From the IMG/VR virus record IMGVR_UViG_3300020381_000001: a DNA stretch of 64,000 nucleotides; one strand, 5' to 3'. Below, one piece after another: positions 27,470 through 34,958 of this stretch. The position numbers were made by a program, and so were the translations under genes. The notes beneath the pieces are model-generated. The model was given only the letters and a program-made list of their open reading frames with translations. It was not told where the DNA came from and ran no database searches. This stretch comes from an uncultured virus (IMG/VR IMGVR_UViG_3300020381_000001) (Duplodnaviria; Heunggongvirae; Uroviricota; Caudoviricetes). Numbering within the stretch: the first letter of the stretch is position 1; each line of letters opens with the position of its first letter.

Positions 27470-27498
27470 AAACCCCATTCTAGAGGGAGATGGGGTTC
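27470..27498. terminator. Hairpin between convergent genes, probably a terminator (best T-tract on the minus strand)
   Basis: AACCCCAT...ATGGGGTT stem preceded by an A-run. Confidence 0.55.
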
Positions 27499-27568
27499 TA
27501 GATTCTAGTACCTAGTTTTGAATTAACTAAACTCTTGGACGTGGGAAATCCAAGAGTTTTTTTTTTGT

Positions 27569-27721
27569 TTAATATTCTTCTGAGTCCCATGAGTCTAGAT
27601 CGAGATCATATCTCAGATCCTTACGAATCGCATTCATCTCATATGAGTCGTATATTGCGGCTGGATCCTCATTCCAGATCCGTACGATCTCATCGTATAC
27701 TTCAGTTGTTAATTCTTTCAT
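27569..27721 (-). CDS. Small acidic hypothetical protein (50 aa, MKELTTEVYDEIVRIW...)
   Basis: Start abuts the stop of the upstream minus-strand ORF. Not in the track. Confidence 0.65.
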   Translation of the reverse strand: MKELTTEVYDEIVRIWNEDPAAIYDSYEMNAIRKDLRYDLDLDSWDSEEY

Positions 27722-27874
27722 TTATTGTGCCATCCCTAGAAATTTGTCCATTGCCATAACTTGTGCCTGTTTATAAGCATCGGCATAAAATAGAGAATCC
27801 TCGGAAATACCAATTTCTTCGAGTGCCTCTTCGAAGCATGTTTCTAAAAGTGATTCGTGATGTAGTGTGGACAT
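27722..27874 (-). CDS. Small hypothetical protein (50 aa, MSTLHHESLLETCFEEA...)
   Basis: First ORF after the minus-strand palindrome promoter. Not in the track. Confidence 0.7.
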   Translation of the reverse strand: MSTLHHESLLETCFEEALEEIGISEDSLFYADAYKQAQVMAMDKFLGMAQ

Positions 27875-27899
27875 TTTTGTTAATTCGTTTGATATATTC

Positions 27900-27957
27900 A
27901 ATATAGAATGTATTTGGATTGAATGGGGTTTTTGTGTGCCACTAGTGTAACTGGCAC
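27900..27957 (-). promoter_or_regulatory. Palindrome + -10 promoter, copy 8 (minus strand)
   Basis: GTGCCACTAGTGTAACTGGCAC at 27936-27957; TATATT 30 nt away on the minus strand. Confidence 0.75.
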
Positions 27958-27959
27958 AT

Positions 27960-28020
27960 GTTTACTATAAGTGCGCGGGAGGAGTGTCGAAAGTTTATAG
28001 TGAGTCCTACCCCGGACCTA
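27960..28020 (-). ncRNA. Candidate ~60-nt small RNA
   Basis: GC-rich ORF-less unit between two promoters. 5' hairpin GTCC/GGAC, then stem ACTATAA/TTATAGT with ACTCCTCCC in the loop. Confidence 0.5.
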
Positions 28021-28025
28021 TTCTT

Positions 28026-28119
28026 ATTATAAACGATCATCGTATACAATCCATATAGAGTGTGCCACTTTATTAACTGGTACATAGTGGATGACTTTCG
28101 TATGAATATACATTATAAT
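28026..28119. promoter_or_regulatory. Bidirectional palindrome promoter, copy 9
   Basis: ATTATA(28026-31)-30 nt-GTGCCACTTTATTAACTGGTAC(28062-83)-30 nt-TATAAT(28114-19). Confidence 0.85.
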
Positions 28120-28125
28120 AAGTAC

Positions 28126-28245
28126 ATAAGAGATTTTTAATTACACTTGGTAAACAAGTTAGCATAAAATCTCATGAGATAGAGTTGTTACCGCCCCAAC
28201 CGAGATAATTTCAAAGGAAAGGTTTACGTGACTCTATTCTCTTAA
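28126..28245 (+). ncRNA. Candidate structured 5' leader
   Basis: Stem GAGATTTT/AAAATCTC enclosing ACTTG/CAAGT, then stem GAGATAGAGT/ACTCTATTCTC. Confidence 0.45.
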
Positions 28246-28267
28246 ATTCTTTATTCCCTTTTCCCTT

Positions 28268-28732
28268 ATGCCTAATTGGTGTTCAAACAGAGTTGATGTT
28301 TACTCAGAAAACAAAACTGATTTACAAAAGGTCTTGGATATATTCAGTAATAAGGAATCCGTATTTGGTAAAGTCATTCCCGAACCCGACTGGATGAATA
28401 TTCCACAGAATGGAGAATTACCAAAGAAGAGAGAGATGAAAGCTCCAAACGGCGAGGTATTCACAACAGTCACAGAATTTGCTGACGGTTCACAGGATAC
28501 CAGATGGTATGACTGGCGAAATGAAAATTGGGATACTAAGTGGGATGTCGCGGGTAGTGTTAAAGTTGAGGAGGAAAGATGGAAAGATGATTTAGAATCG
28601 TTTACAGCTAACTTTCAAACCGCATGGGCTCCACCCGAAGGAATTTGTATGCGATTGCGTCAACTGTTTCCGAATGTCAACATCTCATGGTTCTATGATG
28701 AACCAGGAATGGAAAATGCAGGTTATCTATAG
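28268..28732 (+). CDS. DUF1281/YubB-like ferredoxin-fold protein
   Basis: MPNWC.N, WYDWR..NW.TKWD, F.TAW.PP and FYDEPG motifs. Confidence 0.75.
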   Translation: MPNWCSNRVDVYSENKTDLQKVLDIFSNKESVFGKVIPEPDWMNIPQNGELPKKREMKAPNGEVFTTVTEFADGSQDTRWYDWRNENWDTKWDVAGSVKVEEERWKDDLESFTANFQTAWAPPEGICMRLRQLFPNVNISWFYDEPGMENAGYL

Positions 28733-28789
28733 GACAGTTATATTACTGTCACAATCAATACCCCATTCGTAGTAGTGGGGTATTATAAT
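28731..28789 (+). promoter_or_regulatory. Palindrome + hairpin + -10 promoter, copy 10
   Basis: AGGACAGTTATATTACTGTCAC, an AATACCCCA/TGGGGTATT hairpin, and TATAAT at 31 nt. Confidence 0.8.
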
Positions 28790-28819
28790 AGAAGTATAAA
28801 CAAAGGGAGTTCCCAACCT

Positions 28820-29098
28820 ATGCCCAAACCAGAAATACATTTTAGTCCAGTCTTCGGAATGGGATTCTACATCGATGCAGACGGCACTTTTATGAGTATG
28901 CCAGTATTTGAGGACTCAAACGGACGCACGACTATGGACGTTGAGAATGAGATTCCCGTTAAAGAGTGGGGCAATACTGATGCCTACACTACAGACCATA
29001 TACAGGTACTGGCACAGATAATGGAGATCTGCACTCTCAAACGTGACTATGTAAACATCGGTTATTATGCAGAAAGATTTGGGAGGGTGGCAGCATGA
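28820..29098 (+). CDS. Hypothetical early protein
   Basis: Start moved to MPKPEI, after the promoter. Confidence 0.7.
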   Translation: MPKPEIHFSPVFGMGFYIDADGTFMSMPVFEDSNGRTTMDVENEIPVKEWGNTDAYTTDHIQVLAQIMEICTLKRDYVNIGYYAERFGRVAA

Positions 29099-29298
29099 GA
29101 CTAAATGAAGGAATTAACATCGAAGTAACACCATCTCAGTATGACTACCTATACGAAGTATTAATGGAAGCATACTCAAACGACGTGGCAGAGCAGAAAG
29201 GTTGGGACGTGCAGACATTCGACAATCTAATTGATAACGTATGTAATGGTAAGTCTACCATACTTTCAAACGATGTCAAAGGGATTATGCCAGTTTAA
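29095..29298 (+). CDS. Hypothetical protein
   Basis: GGAGG RBS and ATGA overlap. Confidence 0.7.
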   Translation: MRLNEGINIEVTPSQYDYLYEVLMEAYSNDVAEQKGWDVQTFDNLIDNVCNGKSTILSNDVKGIMPV

Positions 29299-29344
29299 TT
29301 ACTGGCACATACCCACTACACACCGTCTACTTATCGGTTATAAT
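29287..29344 (+). promoter_or_regulatory. Palindrome + -10 promoter, copy 11
   Basis: ATGCCAGTTTAATTACTGGCAC-30 nt-TATAAT. Confidence 0.8.
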
Positions 29345-29377
29345 AAGTACATAAGCAATTCACCCCCTCTTCCCAAC

Positions 29378-29734
29378 ATGCGTAAAATTGAACAGCAAAT
29401 GAATTCAGCAATCCGTTACAAGCAGAATTTCACAAAAGCAAATACAATGGTTCGTTATGACAAGGCAGAGAACCTAAGTTCCGTTTACTTACACGGGCAT
29501 CGCATTGCAGACTATGACCACAGCAAAGGTAAAGCATGGATCAGTTCATGCGGATGGGAGACTAACACCACAAAATCCAGACTTAATGCGTTCTTAGATG
29601 AGGTTGCTTTCGGTGTATCCGTATTTCAAAAGAACTGGCAGTGGTTCCTACATGATGGACGCACCACGGCAACGATTGACTTTTATGATCGTATGGTAGT
29701 ATTTTCCAAACCTCTCAGCATGTACCTAGTGTGA
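29378..29734 (+). CDS. Phage early protein of unknown function (LHG..IA...GW.T.TTKSRLNA)
   Basis: Start moved to MRKIEQQM, after the promoter. Confidence 0.7.
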   Translation: MRKIEQQMNSAIRYKQNFTKANTMVRYDKAENLSSVYLHGHRIADYDHSKGKAWISSCGWETNTTKSRLNAFLDEVAFGVSVFQKNWQWFLHDGRTTATIDFYDRMVVFSKPLSMYLV

Positions 29735-29788
29735 CGGTTTAACAACTGTCCATTCGTTACCCCATTCGTATGGGTGGGGTATTATAAT
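29731..29788 (+). promoter_or_regulatory. Palindrome + hairpin + -10 promoter, copy 12
   Basis: GTGACGGTTTAACAACTGTCCA, a TACCCCA/TGGGGTA hairpin, and TATAAT at 30 nt. Confidence 0.75.
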
Positions 29789-29815
29789 AATAGTATAAAC
29801 AAACAATTTCCCTAA

Positions 29816-30034
29816 ATGACCAAAACTCAGACAGTAATGAACAGAATCGTTCAGGTTGACAACTTTCAGAACATGGCATGCATATGTGCAGACTGGGCAG
29901 AGTTTGTAATTGAGTTGGCAGAGTGGGGCGTCGATGGGTGTGCAAAGATTGACTTTGATGATCCAGATCTAAACGTGCCAATGCTTAATGCGTTCATACA
30001 TGCAGAGAACGGATATGTAAGGGAGGTGGCATAG
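29816..30034 (+). CDS. Hypothetical early protein
   Basis: First ORF after the promoter. Confidence 0.7.
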   Translation: MTKTQTVMNRIVQVDNFQNMACICADWAEFVIELAEWGVDGCAKIDFDDPDLNVPMLNAFIHAENGYVREVA

Positions 30035-30192
30035 GTCATTCGTTCGTGAATCAGCAGTTATGGGGGTTGATGCCCCCGTATATAAAAACGGCATGGGAAC
30101 CTAACCTACAAAGTGTTACGAAAGACAGATATAAATTCCACGAGTCAAAAAAAATTTTCGCATATATAAAAACGACCACTAGGTTTTCTGAA

Positions 30193-30369
30193 ATGAAAAA
30201 AAATTTTGACGAAGTTTATTCTGCTATAGAGGTTGATCCAGCAACAGACAGATATTATATGGCAATTCCCGAAGAGGTTATGAATGAACTTGACTGGTAT
30301 GAAGATATTGTGTTAAAATGGAATTTAGATATAGATGGTATTTACCTTACTCTCAAAAAGGATGACTAA
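30193..30369 (+). CDS. AbrB/MazE-like small DNA-binding protein
   Basis: Y.AIPEEVMNELDWYEDIVLKW..D.DGI.L fits the swapped-hairpin pattern. Start moved to ATG 30193. Confidence 0.6.
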   Translation: MKKNFDEVYSAIEVDPATDRYYMAIPEEVMNELDWYEDIVLKWNLDIDGIYLTLKKDD

Positions 30370-30526
30370 AAAGAAAGAACCACGTAAGTATGCAAAAAAT
30401 AGAGAAGAATGTTTTCGAGAGTTTCATAGTGTCATTGCCCCAGTTGTTGTTGTAGATGGTTATGACTATGAAAGAAAGTATGACGAAGAACCAAGTTTCT
30501 GTATTTCACCCGAAGAAGATGACTAA
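30362..30526 (+). CDS. Small hypothetical protein
   Basis: ATG overlaps the upstream 3' end. Confidence 0.55.
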   Translation: MTKKKEPRKYAKNREECFREFHSVIAPVVVVDGYDYERKYDEEPSFCISPEEDD

Positions 30527-30701
30527 GAAGAGTTACCACATTTATTTGAATGATAAATGTTTGTTTAAGAATTTAAATGAAGAGGAGTTTGATATTATAT
30601 GGAATAAGTTATATACGTCTTATTGGAAGGAAGAAATTACATATACAGAGATACAAGATATGAGTATAGAAGACTCTACAATTTATGAATCTTCTTATTG
30701 A
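30519..30701 (+). CDS. Small hypothetical protein
   Basis: MTKKSYHIYL...; overlaps the upstream stop. Confidence 0.6.
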   Translation: MTKKSYHIYLNDKCLFKNLNEEEFDIIWNKLYTSYWKEEITYTEIQDMSIEDSTIYESSY

Positions 30702-30726
30702 CAACCACTATATAATAGTATATAAT
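30698..30726 (+). promoter_or_regulatory. Consensus sigma70 promoter
   Basis: TTGACA-17-TATAAT. Confidence 0.8.
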
Positions 30727-30746
30727 TGAAATGAACGCATTCTATT

Positions 30747-31523
30747 ATGGCTAAAGGATTTACAGTAAAAGCAGCGACTCCTGCTGTGCAAAAAAAACCC
30801 GAATGGGACTACCAGAGAGCAAAAGAATTGATAAAAGGAAAGGCAATTGTCTTTTGTCTACCAGGTAGAGGAGTATCATACAACTATTTAAAAAGTTTTG
30901 TACAATTATGTTTCGACTTGGTACAGTCAGGAGCAAGTATACAGATATCACAAGATTATTCATCAATGGTCAATTTTGCCCGTTGTAAGTGTCTTGGTGC
31001 AAACGTACTTCGAGGACCAGATCAAATTCCATGGGATGGTAAGTTAAAGTATGATTATCAGTTATGGATTGACTCTGACATTGTTTTTAATTCAGAGAAG
31101 TTCTTTCAGTTAATTTTAGATGCAAACCCAGAAGGTGAGAAGGAGAGAGAAATTGTTGCAGGTTGGTATTGTACCGAAGATGGTAAGACTACCTCGGTGG
31201 CACATTGGTTAGAGGAAGACGATTTTCGTAATAATGGTGGTGTGATGAATCACGAAACCATCGACAGTATATCAAAACGTAAGAAACCGTTCACCGTAGA
31301 TTATACAGGTTTCGGATGGTTATTGATTCGTCATGGTGTATTTGAGAACAAAGGAATACCTTATCCATGGTTTGCACCGAAGATGCAGGTCTTTGAGTCT
31401 GGTGAGGTACAGGACATGTGCGGCGAGGATGTCTCGTTTTGTCTCGACGCAATCGAAGCAGGATTTGAAATCTGGTGTGACCCACGAATTCGAGTCGGGC
31501 ATGAAAAAACAAGAGTTATATAA
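30747..31523 (+). CDS. Conserved cyanophage glycosyltransferase-like (GT-A) protein
   Basis: YDYQLWIDSDIVF (DxD), TGFGW.LI, GEDVSFC...GF.IWCDP...VGH.K. Confidence 0.7.
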   Translation: MAKGFTVKAATPAVQKKPEWDYQRAKELIKGKAIVFCLPGRGVSYNYLKSFVQLCFDLVQSGASIQISQDYSSMVNFARCKCLGANVLRGPDQIPWDGKLKYDYQLWIDSDIVFNSEKFFQLILDANPEGEKEREIVAGWYCTEDGKTTSVAHWLEEDDFRNNGGVMNHETIDSISKRKKPFTVDYTGFGWLLIRHGVFENKGIPYPWFAPKMQVFESGEVQDMCGEDVSFCLDAIEAGFEIWCDPRIRVGHEKTRVI

Positions 31524-31674
31524 GGTAAGAAGAGGTCAGGAGATTCTTGGTAAGAACCTGACCACGGAGGAGTATTTTGATTTAATGGAAGATCTGGCAC
31601 AAAAGTTTTATGATGGCAAACTTCCAAACCCTCTCGATTTAACAACTGAAATTCAAAATGGTCACGAAGAATGA
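31501..31674 (+). CDS. Small hypothetical protein
   Basis: ATG 31501; coupled to the next gene. Confidence 0.6.
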   Translation: MKKQELYKVRRGQEILGKNLTTEEYFDLMEDLAQKFYDGKLPNPLDLTTEIQNGHEE

Positions 31675-32453
31675 GTACATTAATTACAAATCTACCCTCC
31701 TATGAGGTATGGGTAAGAAAAGAATACTTGACCGACCATAAGTATGGTCATGGTGAATTTGTCAAAGGAGTCTGGGTATCTGCAAAGAGTATACCTGGTC
31801 GTGCCTTTTATTTTGAAACTTATCTACCTGACTATGCAGCAATGTTTGATAAGTTACCGATTTCTGCGTTTCTCTCGTCTCCAGAAATACCCGATCCTGA
31901 TATGACACTTCATAATCTACAGTTTTGGAACTGTATGGACTATGGAGTTGTTGCCGTTCAAAAGCAGTTTATCGGTTCAATGCACTATGAAGTCTATACA
32001 AGAGACTATGGCAATCAGACGGGCACGTACATATGTACTCTTGACAATTATCATTCAGATGTTGATGCGATTGACTACTCAACCAGTGAACAACCTGCCG
32101 AACATAAGTCTCATAACTTATTAGAATTGGATAATGGACAGTTTTGTCTCTATCCAAACAACCGAATGAGGATCTATGACAACAGTATCACTCCTGAGAC
32201 ACCTAAGATTCCTGATTTTAAAGTATCAACCGTGTACTATCAGGTAGAGAATGGTCATGATCGTGACGGATTAGGGTCAGAAGATAATTATTTTTGGAAA
32301 ACGTCAAAAGAAAGGCAAGATCCAGTTAGTATATTAAATCAAAATGAAATTAATACTGCAATTGGAGCAGGAAATACTGCAAATACGGGAAGTGTAAATT
32401 TTTATACAGAAGACTTTACAAAAAATATTGATGATGCACCAGAATTAGGATAA
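31671..32453 (+). CDS. Conserved cyanophage hypothetical protein
   Basis: 260-aa ORF with Y..TLD...EHKS.N...LDNGQF.LYPNNR motifs. Confidence 0.75.
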   Translation: MSTLITNLPSYEVWVRKEYLTDHKYGHGEFVKGVWVSAKSIPGRAFYFETYLPDYAAMFDKLPISAFLSSPEIPDPDMTLHNLQFWNCMDYGVVAVQKQFIGSMHYEVYTRDYGNQTGTYICTLDNYHSDVDAIDYSTSEQPAEHKSHNLLELDNGQFCLYPNNRMRIYDNSITPETPKIPDFKVSTVYYQVENGHDRDGLGSEDNYFWKTSKERQDPVSILNQNEINTAIGAGNTANTGSVNFYTEDFTKNIDDAPELG

Positions 32454-32476
32454 ATAAATTATTACAGGTAAAAAAA

Positions 32477-32608
32477 ATGATTATTAAAGTAGATAAATCG
32501 GAAGAATTTACAAAAAAAGGTCGAAAATTGATCAGTGAATATGATGGTGATGCCTACTTTGATGAAAAAGAGGAGAAAAAACCTCAATACTTAGAAGAAG
32601 GTAAATAA
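32477..32608 (+). CDS. Small hypothetical protein (43 aa)
   Basis: Follows an ATAAATA late-type promoter. Not in the track. Confidence 0.55.
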   Translation: MIIKVDKSEEFTKKGRKLISEYDGDAYFDEKEEKKPQYLEEGK

Positions 32609-32625
32609 AAATGTCTAGGAACAGG

Positions 32626-32633
32626 TATAAATA
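32626..32633 (+). promoter_or_regulatory. T4-type late promoter
   Basis: TATAAATA upstream of gp25. Others at 47548-47555 (gp8) and CATAAATA at 56757. Confidence 0.75.
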
Positions 32634-32650
32634 AATATAAAACTTGGTTC

Positions 32651-33052
32651 ATGGCAATTAAAAGGGTATCGAGAGCATTTAAAGACATAAGTTTATCGTT
32701 TTCACCCCATCCAGTCACAAAAGATTTACCAATTCTCAAAAATGAAAGGTCTATAAGTAGATCTGTGCGTAATATTGTAGAGACTATACCCACCGAAAAA
32801 TTTTTCAACCCTGATTTTGGGTCTGATGTGTATAAAAGTCTTTTTGATTTTGTAGATTCTGGTACTGCTGGTATCATTCAAGACCAAATTAAAACTTCGG
32901 TTGAGAATTATGAACCAAGAGTTGATAATGTAGAGGTTGAAGTCGATCCATTTCCTGATTCAAATCAGTTTGAAGTAACTGTAATATATGACATTGTGGG
33001 TCAAGAGTTCCCAACTCAAGAATATTCATTCATATTAGAGGCAACAAGGTAA
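32651..33052 (+). CDS. gp25: Baseplate wedge subunit gp25
   Basis: FKDISLSF..HPVT.D...SVRNIV.T...EKFF.PDFGS...YEPRV. Confidence 0.92.
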   Translation: MAIKRVSRAFKDISLSFSPHPVTKDLPILKNERSISRSVRNIVETIPTEKFFNPDFGSDVYKSLFDFVDSGTAGIIQDQIKTSVENYEPRVDNVEVEVDPFPDSNQFEVTVIYDIVGQEFPTQEYSFILEATR

Positions 33053-33053
33053 T

Positions 33054-34958
33054 ATGCCTTTTTCTAATTTTACAAATCTTGATTTCGATCAGATAAAAAC
33101 ATCAATTAAAGATTATCTAAGAGCAAATTCCAACTTTACGGACTTTGATTTTGATGGTTCAAACTTTTCTGTCTTAATTGACACTTTAGCATACAATACT
33201 TATATCACAGCATTCAACTCAAACATGGTTGTCAATGAATCTTTTCTAGATTCTGCTACTTTGAGAGAAAATGTTGTATCTTTGGCAGGAAATATAGGTT
33301 ACACACCTAGGTCTAGAACGGCAGCAAACGCACAGATATCATTTGATGCTAGTATTACTGATAATGTGAGTTCGGTGACCTTACAACCAGGTATAGTATG
33401 CACTGGAGATGTAGATAATGAAACATATACTTTTGCAATTACTGAACCTATTAGTGCAAATGTTGTTGATGGGGTTGCAAAATTTGAAAGTATTAATGTT
33501 TATCAAGGAACTTATCTTGAAAAGACATTTAGGTACGATGGATCACTTGACCAAAGGTTTATTTTAGACAATCCTTTCATCGATACCTCAAAAATTGTAG
33601 TTTATGTTAAAAATAGTGGTGATAGTGGAGATGGATCACAGTATTCTTTGGTAGATGATATTGTAAGTATTGATTCAAGTTCAAAAATATATTTAATTAA
33701 GGAAATACAGGATGAAAAGTATGAATTAAAGTTTGGAGATGGATATTTTGGTAAAAAATTAGGTTCTGGAGCAAATAAAGACGGAGATTTTATTACAGTT
33801 AGGTACATAACTACTGATGGTGAAGATGGAAATGGTGCTCAAAGGTTTTCTTTCTCAGGAAGACTTCAATCTGGAACAACTTTAGTCAATTTATCTTCAA
33901 CTCCTTCAATTTCAACATTAATAAAGTCTCAAAATGGGGGAAATATTGAATCAATTGATTCTGTTAAGTATTTTTCACCTCTAATATATTCATCACAGAA
34001 CCGAGCTGTGACTTCTAGAGATTATGAAGCTATAATTAAGAAAATTTACCCTAATACAGAATCAGTTTCAGTAGTTGGTGGGGAAGAACTTGATCCACCA
34101 GAGTTTGGAACAGTTGCAATTAGTATAAAACCTAAAAATGGTGATTTAGTATCGGATTTTTCTAAAAATCAAATTTTATCCAAGTTGAAACAATATTCCA
34201 TATCTGGAATTAACCAAAAAATCATAGATTTAAAATTATTATATATTGAAATTGATTCAAATGTATATTATAACAGTTCTCTTGTTACAGCAGCAGATTC
34301 ATTAAAGGCAAATATTGTAAATACATTAAATACGTATTCAAAATCAATTAATTTAAACAAATTTGGTGGTAGATTAAAATATAGTAAATTATTGAAGGTA
34401 ATTGATGACACAGATCAGGCAATCACCTCAAATATTACTAAAATTAGAATGAGAAGGAACTTACAAGTAACAATAAACCGATTTGCACAATATGAATTAT
34501 GTTTTGGAAATAAATTTTATGTTAATCTAAATGGATATAATATAAAATCAACTGGATTTACTATTTTTGGTGAATCTGGAGTGTTATATTTAACTGATGT
34601 TCCCAATTCTGATCAAAAAACTGGTATTTTACAAATAATTAAAATATTAGATGATAGCACAGTTAGAGTTGTAGTATCATCTGCAGGATCGATAGACTAT
34701 GAGAAAGGTGAAGTAAATTTATCGACAATTAATTTTGAATCAACTGTTAAACCAAATAATATAGTTGAGGTTCAAGTTTTTCCAAGATCTAATGATGTAG
34801 TTGGTTTGAAAGATTTATATGTTTCATTAGACGTTTCAAATAGTACAATAAATATGGTTAGAGATGTAATATCATCAGGAGACGAAGTTTCTGGAGTACA
34901 ATTTACCAGAGATTTTTATTCATCAAGTTATCCAAACGGTAAAATAATTAGAACATGA
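33054..34958 (+). CDS. gp6: Baseplate wedge subunit gp6
   Basis: LDFDQIK...DFDFDGSN.SVLID.LAYNT...ESFLDSA.LRENVVSLA, and QNRAVT..DY. Confidence 0.95.
   Translation: MPFSNFTNLDFDQIKTSIKDYLRANSNFTDFDFDGSNFSVLIDTLAYNTYITAFNSNMVVNESFLDSATLRENVVSLAGNIGYTPRSRTAANAQISFDASITDNVSSVTLQPGIVCTGDVDNETYTFAITEPISANVVDGVAKFESINVYQGTYLEKTFRYDGSLDQRFILDNPFIDTSKIVVYVKNSGDSGDGSQYSLVDDIVSIDSSSKIYLIKEIQDEKYELKFGDGYFGKKLGSGANKDGDFITVRYITTDGEDGNGAQRFSFSGRLQSGTTLVNLSSTPSISTLIKSQNGGNIESIDSVKYFSPLIYSSQNRAVTSRDYEAIIKKIYPNTESVSVVGGEELDPPEFGTVAISIKPKNGDLVSDFSKNQILSKLKQYSISGINQKIIDLKLLYIEIDSNVYYNSSLVTAADSLKANIVNTLNTYSKSINLNKFGGRLKYSKLLKVIDDTDQAITSNITKIRMRRNLQVTINRFAQYELCFGNKFYVNLNGYNIKSTGFTIFGESGVLYLTDVPNSDQKTGILQIIKILDDSTVRVVVSSAGSIDYEKGEVNLSTINFESTVKPNNIVEVQVFPRSNDVVGLKDLYVSLDVSNSTINMVRDVISSGDEVSGVQFTRDFYSSSYPNGKIIRT

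Noticed and set aside
17601..29752. Palindromes as NtcA/CRP boxes or integron attC sites
   Set aside because: Half-site and spacing differ from GTA-N8-TAC and TGTGA-N6-TCACA. No integrase is visible, and the fixed distance to -10 argues for a promoter role.
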